Shown piece after piece: positions 1-8,087 of a stretch of 31,527 nt of DNA. The stretch is taken from contig JAYVOI010000034.1 of NCBI GenBank assembly GCA_043758005.1, positions 1 through 31,527 on the forward strand. The letters are read 5' to 3'. This DNA is from Ilumatobacteraceae bacterium (GTDB lineage Bacteria; Actinomycetota; Acidimicrobiia; Acidimicrobiales; Ilumatobacteraceae). Made by a program: the position numbers and the translations under genes. Under the pieces are notes generated by a model. It worked only from the letters and a program-made list of their open reading frames with translations. It did not search any database and was not told the origin of the DNA. Position 1 is the first letter of the stretch; each line of letters begins with the position of its first letter.

Positions 1-2010
1 CGGGTTCACTGCGGCGGCGTTGCGGATGACGAGGTGGTAGCCGTTGGTGAGGTCCAGGGTGCCGGCGAGTTGGGCGGTGATCTGCATCGTGGATTGGCCG
101 GCGACGACGAGGTCGAGGGTCGACACCTTGTAGCCGTGGTCCTCCGATGTGGCGTCGACGGGGTGGCTCACACCGTCGACCGTCACGCTCGTCACCGGCA
201 GCGCCGAGTAGATGTGTAGCTGCATCACGTTGCTGCCCGGTGGGGCGCCCTCGGAGTTGCCGAACACGATCGCCGGTTCGGTCGCGCCAGGCGGTGCACC
301 GTTGTGCAGCGTGATGTCGAGGATCGACTCGACGTCACCGCTGGTCGGGTCGGTGCCGACGTTGTAGGCAACCTCGCCGGTGAGGTAGTAATCGATCTTG
401 TTGTTGCCGACGTTGTCGATGACGACACCAAAGCCGTCGCCGCCATCGAGGGGCGCGAGCTCGCCCGACATGCGCATGCGTTCGAACAGGTCTTCTTCGT
501 CGGGGTTCGGCGACCAGCCGACCAGTCGACCCTGCCCGGCGAAGGGGCTCAGCAACTTGATCAGATCGGGTGGGGCAGGCAGCGAGGTCGACAGCAACCG
601 TGAGATGGTCGTGCTGGCCACTTCCTCCAGCAGATCGATGCGTTCGGCGCGATCCTGCACGGCGGCGTACTGATCGCTCAGCAAGAACTTGGCCGCGTTG
701 TCGGCCGACACCGTCTGGGTGATCGTGGTCAGATCGATGGGGCCTGTCAGCTTCATCAACGCGGCGACGGTGTACACGTCCATGGCGAACACGCCGTCGA
801 CCTGGTGGCCGCTGTAGGCCGGGTAGCCATCGGCGATCAGCTTGGCGACGTCGGGGAAATGCGGCGAGGTGGTGATGCGCACCCAATGCTCGGTGTCGCC
901 GTTGACCGCGAGATCGGCCGTGCGCCCGAAACCGGTCACCGAGATGTGCCCCTGGTCGATCGTCACCTCCGCCCAGTTGCCCATGAACCCCCCGAGGCCG
1001 CGCGCCTCGGCCGGCGTCGTGAAGGCGATGAAGTACACCCGCTTGCCGTTGGCGCCCAGCATGGCCGGCGCTCGCTGCACGGCGACCGAGGCGCGATCAC
1101 CCTCACCCTCTTGCTTGTCGATCTGGTCGCGCAAGGTCGCTAATCGCGATCGAATCGGCTGCACCAACCATGGGCTGTCGACGGCATCGACGGTCGAATG
1201 GAGATCGTCGAGCGCAGCGTTCAGCCGTGCCAGCGGGTCCTGCAGCGCGGTGATCGCGGCAATGTCGATCGTGCCGTTGACGATGCGCAGCCGATCGAAG
1301 TCGATCTCGCCCAACACGTCGGAGATCGTGTTCGACACCGATGCCGCGGTGTTGGCGAGGTCGGCCGCGGCGCGGCGATGCTGGGCGACGACCGGGATCA
1401 GGCGCGCCGGTTGGGCCCATGGCTCATCGAGGTCGTCGCCTGCGCCGCCCAACAACGCGGCGGCCAGATCGAACCCCTTGCGGGCCCCGCCGAAGTCGCC
1501 GTCCTTCAGCAGTTGCAACGCCTGCCTGGCCTCGTCGGTACCGCGGGTGAGGTTGGGCCGCGCCGCTGCGGCGGCGACACCGAACCCGAGCAACGAGAGG
1601 ATCCCGGCAGCGAGCAATCCGCCGAAGACCGACCACAGCTGCAACCGGCGCTGGCCAGAGCGGCGCTGCACGGCGATCAACGTGATCGCCAGGATCGGCA
1701 CGATGCCGATCGCCGCGCTGATCCCGAAGCGCCAGATGTTGCCGAGGCGCGCCAACACCTGCACGGCCACCCCGAAGACCGCGGCCGTGATGATGGGGCG
1801 CCTGGTGCGCTGCCAGCGATACGTCCACGGGGCGAAGGCGATGCAGGAGATGCAGAGCGCGGTGACGACGACCAGCAGCATGCTGTCGATCAGGGTCGAG
1901 CCCGTGGGGGACGGCCCGCCGAGCGCGACGCCGACACCGGCCACGACGGAGATTCCGCCGACCCACGTGTTGATGGTGCGGACATCCCGCTGCTGCCCCT
2001 CTGTCACCAT
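1..2010 (-). CDS. DUF4012 domain-containing membrane protein (3' end runs off the window)
   Basis: Not in the ORF track because it has no stop in the window. Hand translation from ATG at 2010 gives N-terminal TM helices (MVTEGQQRDVRTINTWVGGISVVAGVG...), then WAQPARLIPVVAQH, YFIAFTTPAEARGLGGFMGNWAE, SPHFPDVAKLIA and VDGVFAMDVYTVAALMKLTGPI, typical of DUF4012 proteins in actinobacterial EPS loci. Spot checks at 1-60 and 661-690 keep the frame. Confidence 0.85.
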   Translation of the reverse strand, partial: MVTEGQQRDVRTINTWVGGISVVAGVGVALGGPSPTGSTLIDSMLLVVVTALCISCIAFAPWTYRWQRTRRPIITAAVFGVAVQVLARLGNIWRFGISAAIGIVPILAITLIAVQRRSGQRRLQLWSVFGGLLAAGILSLLGFGVAAAAARPNLTRGTDEARQALQLLKDGDFGGARKGFDLAAALLGGAGDDLDEPWAQPARLIPVVAQHRRAAADLANTAASVSNTISDVLGEIDFDRLRIVNGTIDIAAITALQDPLARLNAALDDLHSTVDAVDSPWLVQPIRSRLATLRDQIDKQEGEGDRASVAVQRAPAMLGANGKRVYFIAFTTPAEARGLGGFMGNWAEVTIDQGHISVTGFGRTADLAVNGDTEHWVRITTSPHFPDVAKLIADGYPAYSGHQVDGVFAMDVYTVAALMKLTGPIDLTTITQTVSADNAAKFLLSDQYAAVQDRAERIDLLEEVASTTISRLLSTSLPAPPDLIKLLSPFAGQGRLVGWSPNPDEEDLFERMRMSGELAPLDGGDGFGVVIDNVGNNKIDYYLTGEVAYNVGTDPTSGDVESILDITLHNGAPPGATEPAIVFGNSEGAPPGSNVMQLHIYSALPVTSVTVDGVSHPVDATSEDHGYKVSTLDLVVAGQSTMQITAQLAGTLDLTNGYHLVIRNAAAVNP

Positions 2011-2016
2011 CCGCCG

Positions 2017-2022
2017 AGGTTA
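2017..2022 (-). promoter_or_regulatory. Putative -10 element (TAACCT) for leaderless transcription of the DUF4012 gene
   Basis: TAnnnT hexamer exactly 6 nt before ATG 2010, with no obvious Shine-Dalgarno. Confidence 0.45.
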
Positions 2023-2110
2023 CTGGCGGGGAATGGTTCGCGGTATCGGACGCAAGTTCCTTTGACCGGTCGGTCCGGGTCAGGAGTGCGCTGGTAACTT
2101 GACTGACCTC

Positions 2111-2743
2111 ATGCGCAAGTCGTGGCCGTTCGCTCTCGCCGTGATCGTCGTCGGTGCTTTTGCGGGCCTGGCCATCGCCGGGCGCCCGGTGCCGAGCGAC
2201 ACGTTCGTGCTCGATCCCAGCATCACCGTGCCGCTGGAGACCACGCCGACGTCGGTGATCTCGAGCACCACTTCGATCGACGAGCCGACCACCTCGACCA
2301 CCTCGACCACCAGTGCGGCCACGACCACCTCGATCTCGTCGGCGTCGACGTCGATCGCACCGACCACTGTGGCAGCAACGACCACGGCGGCGCCGACCAC
2401 CACCGACGCCCCCACGACCACCATCGCCGGTCCGCTGCCGCGCAACAAGGTTCGGTTGGTGCTGGCCAACGGCGACGGTCGGTTCAAGCTCGCCAGCGTG
2501 ACGGCAGATCGCATCCGGTCGCTCGGCTACATCATCAATCTCGGCGACGTGCTGACCCTCGTCGATGCGACCGTCGTCTACTACCGGCCCGGTTTCGACG
2601 ACGAGGCCGCGATCGCGGCCAAGGACATCGGCGTTCCCGACGCGATCATCGTCGCCTTTCCCAGGAACTCGTCGCAGCCGGTCACGAACTCCGACGACGG
2701 TGGCGACATCATCGTCGTGCTCGGCCCCGATGCCCCGCGTTGA
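2111..2743 (+). CDS. LytR C-terminal domain-containing protein with Ser/Thr-rich linker
   Basis: One N-terminal TM helix, a ~65-aa Thr/Ser-rich stalk, then VRLVLANGDG...A...LRSLGY...GD...TVVYYRPGFDDEAAIAAKDIG...DIIVVLGPD (LytR_C pattern). ATG 2111 is preferred over TTG 2099. Confidence 0.8.
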   Translation: MRKSWPFALAVIVVGAFAGLAIAGRPVPSDTFVLDPSITVPLETTPTSVISSTTSIDEPTTSTTSTTSAATTTSISSASTSIAPTTVAATTTAAPTTTDAPTTTIAGPLPRNKVRLVLANGDGRFKLASVTADRIRSLGYIINLGDVLTLVDATVVYYRPGFDDEAAIAAKDIGVPDAIIVAFPRNSSQPVTNSDDGGDIIVVLGPDAPR

Positions 2744-2782
2744 GCCCTGCGATCAGCGGCCACGGGTAGGCTGTCGACTTCT

Positions 2783-4336
2783 ATGAGCGTTGGCGAGCGT
2801 CCGGAGATGACCTTGCGCGACTACTGGCGCGTGATCATCCGGCGATCGTGGATCGTGATCGCCGCCATCATCGCCACTGCCGCGCCGGCCATCGCCTTGT
2901 CGCTACGACAATCGTCGATCTACCAAGCCGACGCCGACATGCTGATCCGCGTCTCGCCGGGTGAATCCGTGTTCGGCAGCGGCCAGCAGACGATCAACCC
3001 CGATCGGCTGGTGCAGAACGAGATCGCAGTGCTCGAAGGCGACGTGGTGTACGCCAGGTTGAGACAGAACCTCGGTCTCGACGACGACCCGCCCCTGGTC
3101 TCGGGCAGCGGTTTCAGCGACGCCGACGTGATCACGGTCAGCGTCCAGAGTGGCGACCCGCAAACGGCGGCCACGTTGGCCAACGCCTACGTCGATGCGT
3201 ACATCGACGTGAAGCGCGAACAGGCGGTCAACGGCATGGTCGCGGCAAGTGCCGAGTTGCAGACCAAGATCACCGACCTGCAATCCCAGATCGACACGCT
3301 CGACGCGCAGATCGCGGCGAGCAGCACCGACGACGACTCGGGTGCCGAGGCCGATCGTCGCACGCTGGTCGACCAGCAGGCGGCGTTCCGTCAACGCATC
3401 GACCAACTCCAGGTCGACGCGGCTCTGTCCGCCGGCAACGCCGAGTTGGTACGCCCGGCGGAGGCGCCGATCAAGCCGATCAAACCCACGCCGGTACGGA
3501 CCGCGATGCTCGCCTCGGTCGTCGGGTTGCTGCTGGGCCTGGGCGCGGCGTTCTTGATCGACCACCTCGACGATTCGGTGCGCAATGCCGACGATCTCGC
3601 CCGCCTCGGCGCCGACGTGCCCGTGTTGGCGTCGGTGCCCAACGTGACCGGGCGCGACAACAGACCGCTGGCGATCTCCGACCCCGACAACGCCGCCGTC
3701 GAGGCGTACCGCAACCTGCGAACGAACGTGCAGTTCCTCGGGATCGAGCGCAAGATGCGCTCGATCCAGGTCACCAGCACGCGCCCCGGCGAAGGCAAGA
3801 CCACCACGGCCGCCAACCTCGCTGTCGTGCTGTCGCAGACCGGCGCGAACGTGGTGCTGGTCGACGCCGACCTACGCAAGCCCGACCTCCACCGGATGTT
3901 CGCCATCGACGGCAGCAACGGGTTGACCAACAACCTGGCAGGCGACCCGATGGAACTGACCATCCAGCGCATCACCGACCAACTCTGGGTGATCGTCGGC
4001 GGGCCTGTGCCGCCGAACCCCAGCGAGTTGCTCAGCGGGCGGCGGATGGACGCCTTCGCCGAAGAGCTGTCCCGACGGTTCGACTACGTGATCATCGACT
4101 CGGCGCCGCTGCTCGCAGTCAGCGACGCGGCCGCGCTGTCGCGCCACGTCGATGGTGTGCTGCTGGTCGCCCAGTCGAAGCGGGTCTCCATTCCGCAACT
4201 GCGCGAGAGCCTGGCAACCCTCGACCGCGTCGGCGCGCCGCTGCTCGGCATCGTGATGACGCGGGCCAAGATCGACACCGCGGTCAGGGGCGAGTACGAG
4301 TACCTGCAACCCAGCCGGCGGGAACGGAGACGGTAG
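2783..4336 (+). CDS. Polysaccharide biosynthesis tyrosine autokinase (Wzc/CpsCD-like)
   Basis: Wzz-like N-terminus (TLRDYWRVIIRRSWIV), two TMs around a coiled coil, EAYRNLRTN, Walker A TSTRPGEGKTTT, Walker A' VLVDADLRKP, Walker B YVIIDSAP. Confidence 0.92.
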   Translation: MSVGERPEMTLRDYWRVIIRRSWIVIAAIIATAAPAIALSLRQSSIYQADADMLIRVSPGESVFGSGQQTINPDRLVQNEIAVLEGDVVYARLRQNLGLDDDPPLVSGSGFSDADVITVSVQSGDPQTAATLANAYVDAYIDVKREQAVNGMVAASAELQTKITDLQSQIDTLDAQIAASSTDDDSGAEADRRTLVDQQAAFRQRIDQLQVDAALSAGNAELVRPAEAPIKPIKPTPVRTAMLASVVGLLLGLGAAFLIDHLDDSVRNADDLARLGADVPVLASVPNVTGRDNRPLAISDPDNAAVEAYRNLRTNVQFLGIERKMRSIQVTSTRPGEGKTTTAANLAVVLSQTGANVVLVDADLRKPDLHRMFAIDGSNGLTNNLAGDPMELTIQRITDQLWVIVGGPVPPNPSELLSGRRMDAFAEELSRRFDYVIIDSAPLLAVSDAAALSRHVDGVLLVAQSKRVSIPQLRESLATLDRVGAPLLGIVMTRAKIDTAVRGEYEYLQPSRRERRR

Positions 4337-4347
4337 CGGTCGCGCCG

Positions 4348-4947
4348 ATGGATGCCACCGACCTGCTCGTCGTGCGTCATGGGCAATCGGAGTGGAACGC
4401 CATCGGCCGATGGCAGGGCCACGCCGACCCCGCGCTGACGGAGCTCGGACGACGCCAGGCCTACGTCGCCGCTGCGTCGATCGGCGCCCTCGATGGCATC
4501 GTGTCGAGCGATCTGCTGCGCGCCGCCGAGACCGCCGCGATCGTCGCCCAGCAGTTGGGTGTCGGGCCGGTGGTCGTCGACGATCGCCTTCGCGAGCGCG
4601 ACGTGGGTGAGTGGACCGGGCTGACCAAGGCGGAGATCGACAAGGGCTGGCCGGGGTGGCTGGACGAAGGCCGCCGCCCCGACGGCTTCGAACACGTCGA
4701 CGTCGTGCTGGATCGTGTGATGGAGGCACTGGAGGCGATGCACGCGGCGAGCCCCGGCGGCTCGTTGCTGGTGGTGGCCCACGGTGGTGTGATCCGTTCG
4801 CTGGCCGCAGTGCATGGCCTTGGCGACGCCCCGGTCGCCTACCTCGCCGGTGTCACCGCCCGCGTGTCATCCAAGGGACTGTCGGTCGGCGAGCGGGTGG
4901 CGCTGCTGGAGGGTCACGTCGTGACGACTCAGCACGACGCGTTGTAG
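4348..4947 (+). CDS. Histidine phosphatase / phosphoglycerate mutase family protein
   Basis: VRHGQSEWN (RHG motif), SSDLLRAAETA, LRERDVGEWTGL, VAHGGVIR. Overlaps the end of the convergent gene by 19 nt. Confidence 0.88.
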   Translation: MDATDLLVVRHGQSEWNAIGRWQGHADPALTELGRRQAYVAAASIGALDGIVSSDLLRAAETAAIVAQQLGVGPVVVDDRLRERDVGEWTGLTKAEIDKGWPGWLDEGRRPDGFEHVDVVLDRVMEALEAMHAASPGGSLLVVAHGGVIRSLAAVHGLGDAPVAYLAGVTARVSSKGLSVGERVALLEGHVVTTQHDAL

Positions 4948-5660
4948 ATCGAGGTCGACACGGCCGACGGGTGCTCGGCCACCAACGACAGCAGTTGATC
5001 GAGCAGTGCCAGGTGCTCGCCGTTGGTGATGGCGTGGTGGAGCATGACGCCCACCGGTGCCGACCCGTTCGTGATCTGTTGGGCGATCTGCGTGCCGACA
5101 CGCTCGCGCGTCCACGGTTCGCCCTTGGTCTTGGCGAACCAGTCGATGGTCACGGGTACCTCGGCAAGCTCGGCCAGCCCGAAGGGCACCGCGGTGTGGT
5201 CTCGTGACAGCACCTGGAACCCGAGGTTGGCCAATGCCGAAGCGGTCTGCTCGGTGCAGCGGTTCCACGGTGGTGTGAAGATCGGCTCGACGTAGGGGTG
5301 CAACTGGCCCCCGACCACGGCTCGCCCTTGGGCGATGTCGGCCAGTTGCTGGTCGTGGCTGCGGCTCGGCCCGAACTCGTACTTGCGACCGTCGGTCTCG
5401 TGGTTCACGTGGCGGAAGCCGTGCTGGTGCAGGTGCACCAGGCCCGTCGATGCCCGGTCGCACAGCGCGCCGGCCAGTCGGTCGTCGAGCTCGATCGGGA
5501 TCACCGCCAGATCGATGTGCACAGCCCGCTTCTGGCTGTGATCGAGCAGCCTCCACAGCGCCTCGTTGTCGAGGCCGGCGTCGTCGTCGCGGAAGAAGAA
5601 CTGCACCGGCTTCGACGCGCTGTCGAGCGCCGTGTGCACCGGGGCCAGCCAGTCGGTCAT
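4929..5660 (-). CDS. Polysaccharide deacetylase-like protein (NodB/CE4 superfamily)
   Basis: FFFRDDDAG, LHQHGFRHVNH, FTPPWNR and GVMLHH motifs. ATGA overlap with the upstream glycosyltransferase. Confidence 0.75.
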   Translation of the reverse strand: MTDWLAPVHTALDSASKPVQFFFRDDDAGLDNEALWRLLDHSQKRAVHIDLAVIPIELDDRLAGALCDRASTGLVHLHQHGFRHVNHETDGRKYEFGPSRSHDQQLADIAQGRAVVGGQLHPYVEPIFTPPWNRCTEQTASALANLGFQVLSRDHTAVPFGLAELAEVPVTIDWFAKTKGEPWTRERVGTQIAQQITNGSAPVGVMLHHAITNGEHLALLDQLLSLVAEHPSAVSTSIYNASC

Positions 5661-6817
5661 CTCCCGACACCCGCCAGGTTGGCGTTGGAGAGCTCGGCAA
5701 TGATCCGCGCAGTCGCGTCGCGACCATCCAGGTCGAGGGTGACCCGCGCCGGCGTCGACGTCGCGGCGGCGATCACCGCGTCGGCCAACCGCTCGGCGTC
5801 GAGGCCGTCCGCCGGAACGCTGCGCAACACGCCGAGGCGGTCGAGCCGCTCGGCACGCTGGCGCTGCTCGTCCTCACCGCCGTGGCACGCGGGCGCGCAG
5901 GATGTCCATCGTCGTGTTGTATCCACACTGGCTGACGGTGACCGCCGAGCGGGCCATCTCGGCTCGCAGGTCGGGCAAGTAGCGAACGGCCTCGAAGCCG
6001 TCGAGCCGAGCCGCCTGATCCTGCAACCACGACCAGACCGGCTCCGGTGCGAACGGGCCGGCGAGCACGGTGGTCGTGAGGCCCGACTCCTCGTGCCAGC
6101 GCCGGTGAGCAGCGGCCGCGACCCGGAACAACGGGCCGCCCACCATGCCGCCACCGGCCGACACCAACACTCGCGGCAACCGATCCGCCGCAGCGACACG
6201 ATCGGCTCGGCGCTGTCGGTGACGAACCCGGTGTAGTGCACCGGCACGGTCATCGTCACCGCGGGCCGGAACGTGTCGTCGAGTCGGGCGAACTGCGGGT
6301 CGGAGTGCACGAGGATGGCGTCGAAGTACCGGTTGGCGACGGTGCTGGCTCGCTCGTCGTGACGAGCTTGGTCGCGACGGGTGCCGACGAGGATGTCGCG
6401 GACGCCGCACACGACCCGCGGTCGCTCGAGCTCCATCGAATGCACGGCATCGAGCAACGGCAGCAGCTCGAACTCGAACTTCTTGCGCCCGAACGGGAAG
6501 AGCTCGATCAGCACCACTGCCGGCTGCGTGATCGCCAGCTCATGGAGGATCATGCGCGGCCGCTCGCGCATCGCTGCCTCGACCGACCACGCCGGATCGT
6601 GACTGATGAGGTTGTACGACGGATCGTGACCGAGCGGTGGCAGGTTGACCACCCGCACACCGGTGGAAACCGTGGTTCCATCAGGGAACCGGCCGCCGTT
6701 CAACAGCACGACCTCGAACTGCTCGGCGAGTGCCGAGGCCAGGGTCAGTGACCGAACCAGGTGCCCCAACCCCAGCGCGTGCTGGCAGTAGAACAGCAAC
6801 GTCTGCCGTTCAGGCAC
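5657..6817 (-). pseudogene. COG4671-like GT-B glycosyltransferase disrupted by two compensating frameshifts (or sequencing errors)
   Basis: N-terminus LLFYCQHALGLGHLVR...LIELFPFGR...HSDP is in the 5657..6817 frame. The conserved middle (VLVSAGGGMVG...AGPF...LRAEMARSAVTVSQCGYNTTMDILRARVP) lies in the 5874..6410 frame. The C-terminus (GGEDEQRQRAERLDRLG...LDLDGRDATA) returns to the first frame. Confidence 0.8.
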
Positions 6818-8087
6818 CGAAATCGAGCCTCCCCATCAGCACCGCGTCGGCCATCTCGAGCAGCTCGGGAAGCACCGCCAACGTCGCGTAGTTGACGCGG
6901 TTGACCGCCCGAATCGCCCGCTCGGCGACGAACGCGGCGGCGGTGTACCAGCGGAGCTCGGCGTCGCTCGGTAGCGGCAGGATGGCGCTGTAGCCGTCGA
7001 GGAACTGTTCTGCCAGGCCGTCCACCGCGATGGCGGGAGTCGTCCGTCCAATGGTCATCAGCGACGCGAGCATGCTGCCGATGTCGGCCGCTGCTGCACC
7101 ACTTCCACCCTGATCGAAGTCGATCATGTGGACTTCGTCACCGTAGAACAACACGTTGTTGGCGTGCACGTCGCCATGCAGGCAGACCGTGGCGCCGGCG
7201 TCGGGGAGACCACCGGCCAGCTTCTCGCGGAGCCGACCCATTGCCGGGCCCACGTCCGGTCGAGCCATGGCAACCAGGTCGGCGCTGTTGAGCACACGAT
7301 CGAGGCGATACCGCTGGAACGGCCCGCGGCCGAAGTCGCTCGGCAGGCTGTGGACGTTGGCCAGCGCAGAGCCGAAGCGGGCCATCGCCAAGAGTCGGAG
7401 GTCGTCGGGTTGTTGGGTCCACGGCCGCCCACGCATCGGCTCGAGCACGACGATCCGGTCAGGCCGGGCCCAGCCGAGTGCCCGCGGCGTGCGGATGCCG
7501 TCGAGCATCGCCACCGACGCAGCGACGCGGTTGTACTGGCCGGCGACGTCGAGCACGTCGCGATCGCGGTATGCCTTGGCATAGCCCGAGGTCTGACCAC
7601 GAGCGTCCAGCAGGCGCACCGTCGCCGATCGCTCCGGCGCGTATTCCACGAGACGCGACTGGTCCCACGCGACGCCGCTGGTTCGACGGACGCGAACGGG
7701 AGGAGTGAGCAGCGTGGCCAGATTGCGCAGCTTCCGGTCGTTGGGCACGGTCCACCACACGGTGTCGGTGCCCGGATCGTGGGCGACGCTAGGCATTCCA
7801 TGCACTGGCTCGGCGTTGGCCTCGGCCTCGTGAAACGCCCCAGCACTGTTGGCGAACGTCAGGGCCGACATCACGTACTCGCGACCGTCGGCGATCACGT
7901 CGTACACGACCCGCATGCTCTCCCCGACGCGGTACTTCGCGCGTCGCAGGCTGCACCACTCCATCGCCCCTTCGTGGTGGGTGATGCGGCCGATGATCTC
8001 GCTGACGGTCTCGCGGTCGAGCAGCAGATCCCGCGACGGGATCACTGGATCGGCAACGAACGCTGACGGGGGACTCGCAGTGGTCAT
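6810..8087 (-). CDS. Aminoglycoside-phosphotransferase / choline-kinase superfamily protein
   Basis: Brenner motif LHGDVHANNVL, IDFD, YAKAY. True start is ATG 8087, which overlaps the heparinase stop (ATGA); the 8420 extension is out-of-frame sequence inside the heparinase gene. Confidence 0.82.
   Translation of the reverse strand: MTTASPPSAFVADPVIPSRDLLLDRETVSEIIGRITHHEGAMEWCSLRRAKYRVGESMRVVYDVIADGREYVMSALTFANSAGAFHEAEANAEPVHGMPSVAHDPGTDTVWWTVPNDRKLRNLATLLTPPVRVRRTSGVAWDQSRLVEYAPERSATVRLLDARGQTSGYAKAYRDRDVLDVAGQYNRVAASVAMLDGIRTPRALGWARPDRIVVLEPMRGRPWTQQPDDLRLLAMARFGSALANVHSLPSDFGRGPFQRYRLDRVLNSADLVAMARPDVGPAMGRLREKLAGGLPDAGATVCLHGDVHANNVLFYGDEVHMIDFDQGGSGAAAADIGSMLASLMTIGRTTPAIAVDGLAEQFLDGYSAILPLPSDAELRWYTAAAFVAERAIRAVNRVNYATLAVLPELLEMADAVLMGRLDFGA

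Noticed and set aside
1760-1840. Possible short in-frame deletion in the DUF4012 TM region (APW followed directly by TYRWQRTRRP)
   Set aside because: Based only on recollection of longer homologs. It cannot be supported without an alignment.
6170-6210. Programmed ribosomal frameshift in the glycosyltransferase
   Set aside because: No slippery heptamer or homopolymer run, and a second lesion with sequence loss would still break the protein.
6810-8087. Aminoglycoside resistance gene
   Set aside because: Only the generic APH-superfamily fold motif is present. At 425 aa with an extra N-terminal domain, inside a glycan-type operon, it does not resemble characterised resistance APHs.
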